Assembly: GCA_963839295.1 (NCBI GenBank)
Contig: CAWIUK010000010.1
Coordinates: 160,101 to 224,100 of the forward strand
Reading direction: 5' to 3'
Origin: an uncultured Acidobacteriota bacterium
GTDB taxonomy: Bacteria; Acidobacteriota; Thermoanaerobaculia; UBA5066
DNA: 64,000 bases
The notes under the pieces are model-generated. The model did no database searches. It was not told where the DNA came from and saw only the letters and a program-made list of their open reading frames with translations. This document shows positions 1 through 8,678 of the stretch, piece by piece. A program made the translations under genes and the position numbers. The number at the start of each line of letters is the position of its first letter. The stretch's first letter is position 1.

Positions 1-1355
1 GAGGAGAGGACGTCTCCGTAGCCCCGGAGTGCGCCCGGCACGTCGCCCGAGGCCTCCGCCACGCGGCCCCGCCAGAAAGGGAGCTCGCCCTTCCACGGCT
101 CGGGCAGCCGGTGCGCGCGGGCGAGCTCCTCGACGACGCCAAGGGCGCGCCGCGCACCGGCGCCGTCCCCCGTCTCGGCCCTTCGTTCGGCGAGGTGGAG
201 GAGGCCTTCGGTGCGGCCGGGCTCCTTCGCGAGCGACGGGCGAAGGAGGATCTTCTCGGCCTCGTCGAAGCGGCCGCGGCGCATCTCGAGGCGCGCGCGC
301 TGGAGGGCCGCGAGTCCCGAGGGCCCCACGCGGCCCGCCTCCACGCGCTGGAACTCCCTCGCCGCGGCGTCGGGATCGTTCAGCTTCTCGAGGACCGCGC
401 CGAGGTTGAAGCGCACGCGCGCGAAGAAAGCCGCCGTGCCCGGGGAATCGTCCTTCTTCCGGGCGGGCTTCTTCTTCCGGGCGGGTTCGCTGTCGAGGAT
501 GGACCGGAACGAGGCCGCGGCCTCCGCGAAGTGCCCGCGCGAGGCCTGGAGGCGCCCGAGGTCGAAGCGCGCACCCCAGCGCGCGGCCGCGTCGGCGCCC
601 GCCTCGGCGCGGCGGTCGCCTTCGGCGAGCAGGCGCTCGGCAAGGTCGAGGTCGCGCTGGGCTTTTGCGGTCTCGACGAGGAGGGGGAGAAGCCTGTCGG
701 GAACGTCCTTCGGCTCGCGGCCGCGGATCTCGCGGGCGAGGACGATCGCGGCCGCGTCGTCGCGGCGGGCCTCGCGGAGGAGCGTCTCCCGGAGCGCTTC
801 CGCGCCGCCGGCGTCCCCGGCCTGGTCGAGCCCTTCGGCGCGGAGGGCCGCGAGGCGCCGTCTCTCGCGCGGGGCGGCGGATGGATGCGCGGACACGAGG
901 CGCTGGAGGGCGGCCGCGTCGAGGCGCGTTTCCAGCGCGTCCAGCGCGATCCTGAGGGCTCGCCGCGAGACGGCGCCGCCCTTTCGCTGCAGAAGCGGGA
1001 GGAGGAGCTCCATCGCGCCGAGGCCGTCGCCCGCCTCGAAGCGCAGGGAGCCCGACGCGAGGCGTGCGGGCACGTCGAAGAGGTCGTCGGGCGAGACGTA
1101 GCGCTCGAAGAGGGCGATCGCGGCGTCCCTTCGGCCCGTGGCCGCGAGGGCGCGCGCCGCGAGATAGTCGAATCGGCCGTCCGCATAGCGCTCGGGCGCC
1201 TCGGCCTTCAGGGCCGCCAGCTTCTCGAGGACGTCGTTCCACCGGCCCGCACGCGCCGCGGCGGCGAGCGCCTGTTCGCGTCCGGGCTCGGCGCCCGCGA
1301 GAGGCGAGGCGACGAGGACGGCGGCGAGGACGGCGGAGGGAAGGGCCGCCCTCAA
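1..1355 (-). CDS. Secreted helical-repeat protein (TPR-like or Slt lytic-transglycosylase U-domain-like), partial; 3' end runs off the window
   Basis: Absent from the ORF track because it has no stop inside the window. Minus strand from TTG 1355..1353 reads open for 451 codons: LRAALPSAVLAAVLVASPLAGAEPGREQALAAAARAGRWNDVLEKLAALKAEAPERYADGRFDYLAARALAATGRRDAAIALFERYV... This is a signal-peptide-like N-terminus followed by Ala/Leu/Arg helical hairpins. The TTG overlaps the HIT gene stop (TTGA). Plus-strand ORFs 111..1454 and 211..1101 are its antisense shadows. Confidence 0.55.
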   Translation of the reverse strand, partial: MRAALPSAVLAAVLVASPLAGAEPGREQALAAAARAGRWNDVLEKLAALKAEAPERYADGRFDYLAARALAATGRRDAAIALFERYVSPDDLFDVPARLASGSLRFEAGDGLGAMELLLPLLQRKGGAVSRRALRIALDALETRLDAAALQRLVSAHPSAAPRERRRLAALRAEGLDQAGDAGGAEALRETLLREARRDDAAAIVLAREIRGREPKDVPDRLLPLLVETAKAQRDLDLAERLLAEGDRRAEAGADAAARWGARFDLGRLQASRGHFAEAAASFRSILDSEPARKKKPARKKDDSPGTAAFFARVRFNLGAVLEKLNDPDAAAREFQRVEAGRVGPSGLAALQRARLEMRRGRFDEAEKILLRPSLAKEPGRTEGLLHLAERRAETGDGAGARRALGVVEELARAHRLPEPWKGELPFWRGRVAEASGDVPGALRGYGDVLS

Positions 1356-1708
1356 CCGGGCGGCCAGGCGAACGACCGCCCGCCCATGAGGTGGAAGTGG
1401 AGGTGGAAGACGCTCTGGCCGGCGTCCGCGCCGTCGTTCGAGACGACGCGGTAGCTCGAGAGGCCGAGCGTCCGCGCGAGCTCGGCGACGGCCACCAGGC
1501 ACGAGCCGAGCGCGGCCGCGTGCGCGGCGTCCGTGCCCGAGAGACCGGCGACGTGGACCTTCGGGATCACGAGGACGTGCGTCGGCGCCTTCGGCGCGAT
1601 GTCGTGAAAGGCGAGGACGTGGTCGTTCTCGAAGAGGATCTTCGCGGGGATCTCCCGCCGGCCGATCCGGCAGAAGAGGCACGTGGGGTCGGTAAAGGTC
1701 TGGCTCAC
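1352..1708 (-). CDS. HIT (histidine triad) family nucleotide hydrolase
   Basis: 118 aa. Carries the histidine triad HLHFHLMGG near the C-terminus, with N-terminal CLFCRI and HVLVIPK motifs typical of HinT-like proteins. Confidence 0.9.
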   Translation of the reverse strand: MSQTFTDPTCLFCRIGRREIPAKILFENDHVLAFHDIAPKAPTHVLVIPKVHVAGLSGTDAAHAAALGSCLVAVAELARTLGLSSYRVVSNDGADAGQSVFHLHFHLMGGRSFAWPPG

Positions 1709-1716
1709 GCGCCCGA

Positions 1717-3003
1717 TTATCCGTCGATCCGCTCGACGCGCGCGCCGAGGCTCCGCAGGCGCCCGTCCATGTCCGCGTAGCCGCGGTCGAGGTGGTAGAT
1801 GCGCCTGACCCGCGTCTCACCCTTCGCGACGAGCCCCGCGAGGACGAGCGCCGCCGAGGCGCGCAGGTCCGAGGCCGTGACGGGCGCGCCCTCGAGCGGC
1901 GTCGGGCCGCGCACGATCGCCGTCCTGCCGTCGAGGCGGACGTCCGCGCCGAGGCGCAGGAGCTCGCCCGCGTGGAGGAAGCGGTTTTCGAAGATCGTCT
2001 CCGTGATCCGGCTCGTGCCCGCGGCCTGCGTCATGAGGACGAGGAACTGGGCCTGGAGGTCGGTCGGGAAGCCGGGGTGCGGGGCCGTCTCGACGTCCGT
2101 CGCGGCGAGCGGACGGGGGGCGCGGACGCGGACGCCGGCCGGGCCGGACGTGACCTCCGCGCCGGCGCGCACGAGCGCGTCGAGGAACGCGCCGAGGTCG
2201 GACGCGCGCGCGCCCGTGACGGTCACGTCGCCGCCCGTGATCGCGCCCGCCGCGAGGTACGTGCCCGCCTCGATCCGGTCGGGGACGACTGCGTGCGGCG
2301 CGTCTCCCGTGCCGCCGAGGCGCGCGACGCCCTCGACCGTGATCGTCGACGTCCCGGCCCCGGAGACGCGCGCGCCCATCCGGACGAGGAGCCGCGCCGT
2401 GTCCACGACTTCGGGCTCCCGCGCGGCGTTCTCGATCACGGTCGTCCCGCGCGCGAGAACCGCCGCGAAGAGGACGTTCTCCGTGCCCGTGACCGTCGGC
2501 GCCGGGAACCGCACGGTCGCGCCCGTGAGGCGGCCCCGCGCCGGCGAGACACGCGAGACGTGCGCGTGGATGTAGCCTTTCTCGACCGCGACGCGCGCGC
2601 CCATCGCCTCGAGTGCCATGAGGTGGAGGTCGACCGGCCGGACCCCGATCGCGCAGCCGCCCGGGAGCGAGACGCGCGCCTCGCCGAAGCGCGCGACGAG
2701 CGGCCCGAGGACGAGGATCGAGGCGCGCATCGTCCGGACGAGGTCGTACGGCGCCTCCGTGGACGTGACGCGCGCGGCGTCGAGGACGACGCGTCCGGGT
2801 GCCGGCCGCGCGATCGCGACGCCCATCCCGGCCAGAAGGCGTTCCATCGTGCGGACGTCGGCGAGGTCCGGCACGCCGTCGAGGGCGACGGGCGCGTCCG
2901 CGAGGAGCGCGGCCGCCATCTCCGGGAGCGCGGCGTTCTTGGCGCCGCTCGCGGCGACCGACCCGTGCAGCCGCACGGGGCCCGTCAGGAGGAATGCATC
3001 CAC
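1717..3003 (-). CDS. murA: UDP-N-acetylglucosamine 1-carboxyvinyltransferase
   Basis: The ORF track gives 1717..3219. I trimmed it to GTG 3003..3001, so the protein begins VDAFLLTGPVRLHGSVAASGAKNAALPEMAAALL, the canonical MurA N-terminus. It also has the catalytic-loop motif SLPGGCAIGVRPVDLH. 428 aa. Confidence 0.93.
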   Translation of the reverse strand: MDAFLLTGPVRLHGSVAASGAKNAALPEMAAALLADAPVALDGVPDLADVRTMERLLAGMGVAIARPAPGRVVLDAARVTSTEAPYDLVRTMRASILVLGPLVARFGEARVSLPGGCAIGVRPVDLHLMALEAMGARVAVEKGYIHAHVSRVSPARGRLTGATVRFPAPTVTGTENVLFAAVLARGTTVIENAAREPEVVDTARLLVRMGARVSGAGTSTITVEGVARLGGTGDAPHAVVPDRIEAGTYLAAGAITGGDVTVTGARASDLGAFLDALVRAGAEVTSGPAGVRVRAPRPLAATDVETAPHPGFPTDLQAQFLVLMTQAAGTSRITETIFENRFLHAGELLRLGADVRLDGRTAIVRGPTPLEGAPVTASDLRASAALVLAGLVAKGETRVRRIYHLDRGYADMDGRLRSLGARVERIDG

Positions 3004-3014
3004 GAGGGCGGAGT

Positions 3015-4076
3015 CTAGGGCAGGGGCGGGGCCGCGGGCGCGGCGAGGAGCGCGCGCACGCGGCGCGCCCACGACCCGTCGGGAAGGAAGACCCGCTCCC
3101 TGAGGGCGTGGACGGCGACCCACGCGGGGTGGACCACGTCGTACGCGTCCTCGGGGTCCGCACGCTCCCACGAGCCGTCCGGCCGCTGCGTCTCGAGGAG
3201 GAGCCGCGTGAGCCGGCACACGTCGTCGTCCGCGTCGGTTTCTCCCGTCTGCCTCAGAACGTCGTCGATCTCCGCGGCCGCTTCCGTGTCGCGCGAGGCG
3301 AGGACGGCCGGCACCTGGGCGCGCAGATACGCCGGGATCGGGCCAAGGAGGCCGGGATCGAGCCGGAACCGCGAGTAGTCCGAGAGGACGTAGGCGACGT
3401 GTGTCGCGAGGTAGAAGTCGTCCTCTCCGTCGTCGCCGGGGCCGAGCGCGGCGTACGGCTTCGCGAGCGCGAACCGCAGCACGTCGCCGAGGCCGGGCGC
3501 GGGCGCGGGCAGGGAGGGGAACGCGAGCCGGGCGCGCTCCACGGTGTACGCGTCCACGAGGAGATTGAAGAGCGCGTCCCCGTCGAGCGCGTCGAGGTGC
3601 GCCGGGTCGATGTGCGCGCCGAGGTACGCCCCGCCGGGATCGCGGCCGGAGAGGCGCGAGACGACCGAAGAGACAAGACGAAGAGAAGATTTCTTCGAAA
3701 GGTGAAGGGGACTGGAGTCGGGCAGGAGCGAGAGGGCGCCCAGAAGGCTCTCGTGGGCGTCGAGGCCGCCTTGCTTCACATACGACCGCACGAGCGGCGC
3801 CGCGAGCCGCCGCGCCTCACGGAGCGCGTTCTCCCGAACCTCCGGGTCCGCGGCGGTCTCTCCGAGCTCGAGGAAGATGGACACCGCGTCCGTCCCGAGA
3901 GCCGCCCTCTTCTCTTCCCCTTCAAAGAAGATCTTCAAATACTTCGTTCCCCTGCGCACCGCCTCCTGCCGCGCGGGGGCGAGCGCGCCGCAGGGAATCT
4001 CGGCCGCTCCGGCGAAGCCCGGAAGCAGAAAGAGGGCGATCGCCGCGGCGATCCGCGGGGCGCGGCGCGCGGTCAC
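3015..4076 (-). CDS. Hypothetical secreted protein with terpenoid-cyclase/prenyltransferase-like (alpha/alpha toroid) C-terminal repeat
   Basis: Trimmed from ORF 3015..4907 to GTG 4076..4074, which overlaps the prmC stop (GTGA). Starts VTARRAPRIAAAIALFLLPGFAGAAE (signal peptide). The C-terminus has a QW-like motif, RLLLETQRPDGSWERADPED. The function call is weak. Confidence 0.6.
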   Translation of the reverse strand: MTARRAPRIAAAIALFLLPGFAGAAEIPCGALAPARQEAVRRGTKYLKIFFEGEEKRAALGTDAVSIFLELGETAADPEVRENALREARRLAAPLVRSYVKQGGLDAHESLLGALSLLPDSSPLHLSKKSSLRLVSSVVSRLSGRDPGGAYLGAHIDPAHLDALDGDALFNLLVDAYTVERARLAFPSLPAPAPGLGDVLRFALAKPYAALGPGDDGEDDFYLATHVAYVLSDYSRFRLDPGLLGPIPAYLRAQVPAVLASRDTEAAAEIDDVLRQTGETDADDDVCRLTRLLLETQRPDGSWERADPEDAYDVVHPAWVAVHALRERVFLPDGSWARRVRALLAAPAAPPLP

Positions 4077-4936
4077 GTCCGGATCGCCGTCGCCGTGCGC
4101 GGGATGCCCGCCGCGTCGAGCCGGACTCGCTCGAGGCGGAACCCCGGCGCGGCCTCGACGAGCGCGGAGACCTCGTTCGCCTGGCTGTAGCCGAACTCGA
4201 AGACGAACGGCGCGCCCTTCTCGAGGAACCGCGGAAGCGCCGCGAGGATCGCGCGGAGCGGGTCGAGGCCGTCCGCGCCGCCCCAGAGGGCGACGCCGGG
4301 CTCGTACTCGCTGACGGTCTTCGAGAGGTGCGGCTGGTCCGTGAGCGGGACGTACGGCGGGTTCGCGACGACGAGGTCGAAGCGCGCGGCGCCCCCGAGA
4401 GCCGAGAGCCAGTCGGAGGCGACGACGCGCACCCGGTCCGCGACGCCGTGGCGGCGCGCGTTCGCGGCCGCGAGTGCGAGGGCCGCCGGGGAGCGGTCGA
4501 GCGCGACGACGCGGGCGAGAGGCCGCTCGAGCGCGAGGGAGACCGCGAGGATGCCGCTGCCGGTGCCGAGGTCCGCGAGGCGAAGGGCGGCCGGCGCGGC
4601 CCGGCGGGCTTCCTCCACGATCCCCTCGGTCTCGCCGCGGGGGATGAGGGCGCGCGGGTCCACGGAGAACGTCCGCCCGAGGAACTCCCACTCGCCGAGG
4701 AGGTACTGGAGCGGCTCGCCCGCGGCGCGCCGCGCGACGAGGTCCTCGAACGCCGCCGCGGCGTCCGCCCCGGCCGCCTCGCGCCGACGGGCGAGGAACC
4801 ACGCGCGGGGGCGGCCCGCGGCGCGCGCGAGCAGCTCCTCGGCCTCGTACGGCGCGTGGTCGCGCCCTGCGAGCAGGGCGCGACCACGCGCGAGGAGTTC
4901 CGCCCACGTAACGGGGAGGCTTTCGGGTTCGGCCAT
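4073..4936 (-). CDS. prmC: Peptide chain release factor N5-glutamine methyltransferase
   Basis: 287 aa. SAM-binding LADLGTGSGILAV, catalytic NPPY (VVANPPYVP), and the HemK N-terminal helical domain. Confidence 0.9.
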   Translation of the reverse strand: MAEPESLPVTWAELLARGRALLAGRDHAPYEAEELLARAAGRPRAWFLARRREAAGADAAAAFEDLVARRAAGEPLQYLLGEWEFLGRTFSVDPRALIPRGETEGIVEEARRAAPAALRLADLGTGSGILAVSLALERPLARVVALDRSPAALALAAANARRHGVADRVRVVASDWLSALGGAARFDLVVANPPYVPLTDQPHLSKTVSEYEPGVALWGGADGLDPLRAILAALPRFLEKGAPFVFEFGYSQANEVSALVEAAPGFRLERVRLDAAGIPRTATAIRT

Positions 4937-4962
4937 CGCGTCTGAGGTTCTAAACTGCCGCC

Positions 4963-6495
4963 GTGTCCGGCCCGAGGATTCTCGTCCTTTTCGGGTTGCT
5001 GCTCGTCGCCGGGGCGTTTCTCGCTTCCCCGGCTGCTCCGCTCCTTCCGGGGGCGATCCTCCTCGCGCTCGCCGCCGCCCTCATCCTCGCCGCGTCGTTC
5101 CGGAGCCCGGGCCGGTCGCATGCCGCCGAGACCAGCGTCCGGGCCGCGTTCGGGCCCGCGGTCGACGCGCTCGAGACGCTCGCCGTGTTCACGGTGGACG
5201 TCGACGGACGCGTGGGTTACGTGAACCGCGGCGCCGCGCGCGTCTTCGGCAAGCCGGCGCGCGAGCTCGAGGGCCGTCCGGCGGGCGTCGTCGCGTACTC
5301 CGAGACCGAGGACCCGGAGGTCGCGGCGGCTCTGCGCGAGGTCTTCGAGACGGGCCGTCCGACGCCCGCGCGCCGGCTGCTTCTCTACGCGGGCGGCGGA
5401 CCCCGCATCGAGGCCGTCGTGACGATGGCGCCCGTCGTGCGCTACGGCAAGGTCGTCGAGGTCGCCGTCCTGAGGGCCGACACGCGGGGAGGCGCGCCGC
5501 TCGAGCGGCACGGCCGCCTGCTCGACTCCACGCCCGCCGCCCTCCTCGGCGTGGACTCCGCGGGCCGGATCGACGCCGTGAACCGGCGCCTCGCGGACCT
5601 CTTCGGGCGCCGCGAAGACGTGCTCGAGGGCCTCGACGTCGGCCGGACCGAGGCGCTCCCGGAGGGCGTGCGCGCGCTCCTCAGGACGCACGCCGTGCGC
5701 GCCGGGTCCTCGACGCCGCTGCCCTCCGTCGAGGAGGACCTAGTCCTCGTGACGCCCGGGGGCGTCTCGCGTCCGTACACGGTGTTCGTCTCGGCGCGCC
5801 CGGGGGGCGGGGCCGACGCCGTGTTCGTCGACGGCGCCTCGCGCCGGCGCCTGAGGACGGAGCTCGAGGCCGCGCGTCAGTCGCTTTCCGAGTCGCGCGC
5901 GGCCGCGGCCGAGGCGATCGCGTCGACGACGCACGACCTCCGGGAAAAGGTCGCCCGCATCGTCGAGGCGGCGCGCCTCTCGGCGGACGAGAGCTCCGGT
6001 CCGATCGAGAGGCGGGCGGCCTCGGCCGACCTGAAGGCGACGACGGAACAGCTCCTCGCCCGCGTCGAGGCCGACGCCGCGGAGGCGCTCACCCCCGAGG
6101 TCTTCGGGAGCGGGAGCGGCCGGCCGGCCGTCCTCCTCGTCGAGGACAACGAGGAGAACCGCGAGCTCCTCGCGCACATGCTCCGCTCGCGCGGAGCGGA
6201 CGTCCTCGCGGTCGGCTCCGGCCGCGAGGCCGTCGACGCCGCCGCGCGCCTGAGATTCCGCTTCGTCCTCCTCGACCTTCAGATGCCGGAGATGGACGGC
6301 TTCCAGGTCCTGCGGCGCCTCCGGTCGCTCCCGGGCGGCGACCGCCTGCCCGTGGTCGCGCTCACGGCGCTCACGTCCGACCTCGTGAAGGAGCGCTGCG
6401 AGGCCGAGGGAATGGACGACTTCGTGTCGAAGCCGGTCACGCTCGCGCGCGTCGGCGAGCTCGTCGCGAAGTGGGGGAGCCGGGCGGACGCCTGA
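4963..6495 (+). CDS. Membrane-anchored PAS sensor with H-box-like segment and C-terminal receiver domain (no HATPase domain)
   Basis: 510 aa, GTG start. N-terminal TM helices, then two PAS-like regions (DVDGRVGYVNRGAARVFG, GVDSAGRIDAVNRRLADLFG). These are followed by TTHDLREKVARI (H-box-like) and a CheY-like receiver (LLVEDNEENREL...LLDLQMPEMDG...KPV). Confidence 0.8.
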   Translation: MSGPRILVLFGLLLVAGAFLASPAAPLLPGAILLALAAALILAASFRSPGRSHAAETSVRAAFGPAVDALETLAVFTVDVDGRVGYVNRGAARVFGKPARELEGRPAGVVAYSETEDPEVAAALREVFETGRPTPARRLLLYAGGGPRIEAVVTMAPVVRYGKVVEVAVLRADTRGGAPLERHGRLLDSTPAALLGVDSAGRIDAVNRRLADLFGRREDVLEGLDVGRTEALPEGVRALLRTHAVRAGSSTPLPSVEEDLVLVTPGGVSRPYTVFVSARPGGGADAVFVDGASRRRLRTELEAARQSLSESRAAAAEAIASTTHDLREKVARIVEAARLSADESSGPIERRAASADLKATTEQLLARVEADAAEALTPEVFGSGSGRPAVLLVEDNEENRELLAHMLRSRGADVLAVGSGREAVDAAARLRFRFVLLDLQMPEMDGFQVLRRLRSLPGGDRLPVVALTALTSDLVKERCEAEGMDDFVSKPVTLARVGELVAKWGSRADA

Positions 6496-6504
6496 TCGCG
6501 GGCG

Positions 6505-6924
6505 CTACCAGGTCATCCGGTACAGCATCACGTAGACGACGACGCCCGTCACGGAGACGTAGAGCCAGACCGGGAGCGTCCAGCGGGCGAGGCGCCGGTG
6601 CTTCTCGAAGCGCCCCTTCCACGCGAAGACGAGCGCCGTCACGGCCATCGGCGCGACGGCCGCCGCGAGGACCGTGTGCGTCAGGAGGATGCCGAGGTAG
6701 AGGGTCCGCGCGCCGCCGGTGCCCGGGAACCGCACGCTCCCGACCTGCGCGTGGTACACGAGGTAGGACGTCAGGAAGACGGTCGAACAGACGAACGCGG
6801 CGATCATCGTGCGCCGGTGCGCCTCGCGGTTCTTACGGAGGATGAACGTCCAGCCGAGAAGGAGGAGCGCGGCGCTCGTCGCGTTCAGGAACGCGTTGAG
6901 GGTCGGGAGGTCGCGGACGGTCAT
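6505..6924 (-). CDS. DUF420 family membrane protein (commonly linked to heme-copper oxidase and heme A loci)
   Basis: Trimmed from ORF 6505..7599 to ATG 6924..6922 (MTVRDLPTLNAFLNATSAALLLLGW...). 139 aa with 4 predicted TM helices. The ATGA overlaps the upstream permease stop. Confidence 0.8.
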   Translation of the reverse strand: MTVRDLPTLNAFLNATSAALLLLGWTFILRKNREAHRRTMIAAFVCSTVFLTSYLVYHAQVGSVRFPGTGGARTLYLGILLTHTVLAAAVAPMAVTALVFAWKGRFEKHRRLARWTLPVWLYVSVTGVVVYVMLYRMTW

Positions 6925-7694
6925 GCCGGTCCCGCCTTTCCGCCGCGCCGCTCGGGACCGGAGGGCATCCTCGCGACGACGGCCGTCGCGGCGGCGAACA
7001 TGAGGACCGCGAACGCGGCGGTCACGGTGAAAGAGAGGCTGAGCGAGGGCAACGACTCTGAAGCTCCGCCGAGCGCGCGCCGCAGCGCGGCGACGCCGTA
7101 GGTGAGCGGGTTGACCGCCATCGCCGCGCGCAGCCAGGCGGGCGCGCCGTCCATCGGGAAGAACGACCCGGAGAGGAGCCACATGGGGATCAGGAAGAGA
7201 TTCATGATCGCGTGGAAGCCCTGCGTCGACTCGAGGGACCACGCGATCGTAAAGCCGAGCGACGTCAGGGCGAAGGCGAGAAGGACGAGGACCGCCGTGG
7301 CGCCGAGGAGGCCGCTCACGTCGGTCGAGAGCCCCGCGACGGGAACGAGCACGAGGAGCGGCAGCCCCTGCAGCAGGCCGAGGACGCTGCCGCCGAGAAC
7401 CTTCCCGAACGCGATCGACGCGGGCGCGACGGGCGCGACGAGGACGCCCTGCAGGAAGCCTTCGCGGCGGTCCTCGATGACGGAGATCGTCGCGAAGATG
7501 GCCGCAAAGAGGACGACGAGGACGACCGTGCCCGGGAAGAAGTAGCCGAAGGAATCCCCGCGGAACGAGCCCTTGAAGCCCGAGCCCACGAGGAGCCACA
7601 TGACGATCGGCGGCGCGACGGCGCCGACGACGCGGCTCTTCTGCCTGAGGAACCGCACGATCTCGCGCCGGGCGAGAGCGAGGCCGGCGTTCAC
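6921..7694 (-). CDS. ABC-2 type transporter permease
   Basis: Trimmed from ORF 6921..8633 to GTG 7694..7692 (VNAGLALARREIVRFLRQKSRVVGAV...). 257 aa, 6 TM, ABC-2 style. The GTGA overlaps the ATPase stop. Confidence 0.8.
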   Translation of the reverse strand: MNAGLALARREIVRFLRQKSRVVGAVAPPIVMWLLVGSGFKGSFRGDSFGYFFPGTVVLVVLFAAIFATISVIEDRREGFLQGVLVAPVAPASIAFGKVLGGSVLGLLQGLPLLVLVPVAGLSTDVSGLLGATAVLVLLAFALTSLGFTIAWSLESTQGFHAIMNLFLIPMWLLSGSFFPMDGAPAWLRAAMAVNPLTYGVAALRRALGGASESLPSLSLSFTVTAAFAVLMFAAATAVVARMPSGPERRGGKAGPA

Positions 7695-8668
7695 GCGGCG
7701 CCTCCCGCCGGAGCGGGCTCGTCGGCGTCGGCCTCGCGGAACGCGCGGCCGGTCCTGTCGATGAATACGTCCTCGAGCGACGGCGCGCCGAGCGTGAGCG
7801 AGCGGAAGCGGCCCGGGAAGGCCTCGACGAGCGCCGGGACGAAGCGGTGGGCCTCCCGGCGCTCGACGCGCACGGTGTTCGCCACCGCCGCGACCTTGCC
7901 GGCCTCCGCGCCGAAGCGCGTCTCGATCTCGCGGGCGAGCGCGGGCGCGCCGCCGTCCTCGCGGGCCTCGACCGTCACGACGTCCCCGCCGACCTCGGCC
8001 TTGAGAGCCGCGGGCGCGCCGAGGGCGACGAGGCGCCCGCGGTCGAGGATGCCGATCCGGTGCGCCGCGTCGGCCTCGTCGAAGAGGTGCGTCGTGAGGA
8101 GGACGCCCGTGCCGGCCGTCGCGAGGTCCCTGAGGAGCGCCGTCAGGTCGCGGCGGGCTCCCGGGTCGAGGCCCGTCGAGGGCTCGTCGAGGAGGAGGAC
8201 GGGCGGCTCGTGGAGCAGCGCCTTCGCGATCTCGACGCGGCGCGCGAGCCCCCCGGACAGCGTCTCGACGAGGTCGTTCGCGCGGTCTTCGAGACGGAAG
8301 GTCCGCAGGAGTTCCCGGATACGCCCGGAGAGGAGCGACGCGGGAACGGAGAGCAAGGCGCCCTGGAGCGCGAGGTTCTCCCTCACCGTGAGCTTCCGGT
8401 CGAGGCCCGGCGCCTGGAAGACGACGCCCAGCCGGCGGCGCACGGCGCGGACGTTTACGGCGGGATCGAGGCCGTCGACGCGGAACGTCCCCGACGTGGC
8501 CCGGAGCAGGGTCGCGAGGATGCGGAAGAGCGTCGTCTTGCCGCCCCCGTTCGGCCCGAGGAGGGCGAAGATCTCGCCGCGCGCCACGGACAAAGTCGCG
8601 CCGTCCAGGGCGAGGCGGGCGCCGTAGGCGCACGAGAGCGCGTTGGTCTCGACGGCGGGAGCGGTCAC
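7691..8668 (-). CDS. ABC transporter ATP-binding protein
   Basis: 325 aa. Walker A GPNGGGKTT, signature LSGGLARRV, Walker B LLLDEPSTGLD. Confidence 0.9.
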   Translation of the reverse strand: MTAPAVETNALSCAYGARLALDGATLSVARGEIFALLGPNGGGKTTLFRILATLLRATSGTFRVDGLDPAVNVRAVRRRLGVVFQAPGLDRKLTVRENLALQGALLSVPASLLSGRIRELLRTFRLEDRANDLVETLSGGLARRVEIAKALLHEPPVLLLDEPSTGLDPGARRDLTALLRDLATAGTGVLLTTHLFDEADAAHRIGILDRGRLVALGAPAALKAEVGGDVVTVEAREDGGAPALAREIETRFGAEAGKVAAVANTVRVERREAHRFVPALVEAFPGRFRSLTLGAPSLEDVFIDRTGRAFREADADEPAPAGGAA

Positions 8669-8678
8669 GTGCGGCCGG

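Noticed and set aside
4341-6845. ORF 4341..6845 (+, 834 aa) and similar long Arg-rich ORFs, e.g. 3922..5691, 10388..12253, 10464..12617, 48834..51176, 49352..51628, 40253..42541, 43928..45943
   Set aside because: Extreme Arg/Pro/Ala/Gly bias and no recognisable domains. Each overlaps a gene with strong motif support in a different frame or strand.
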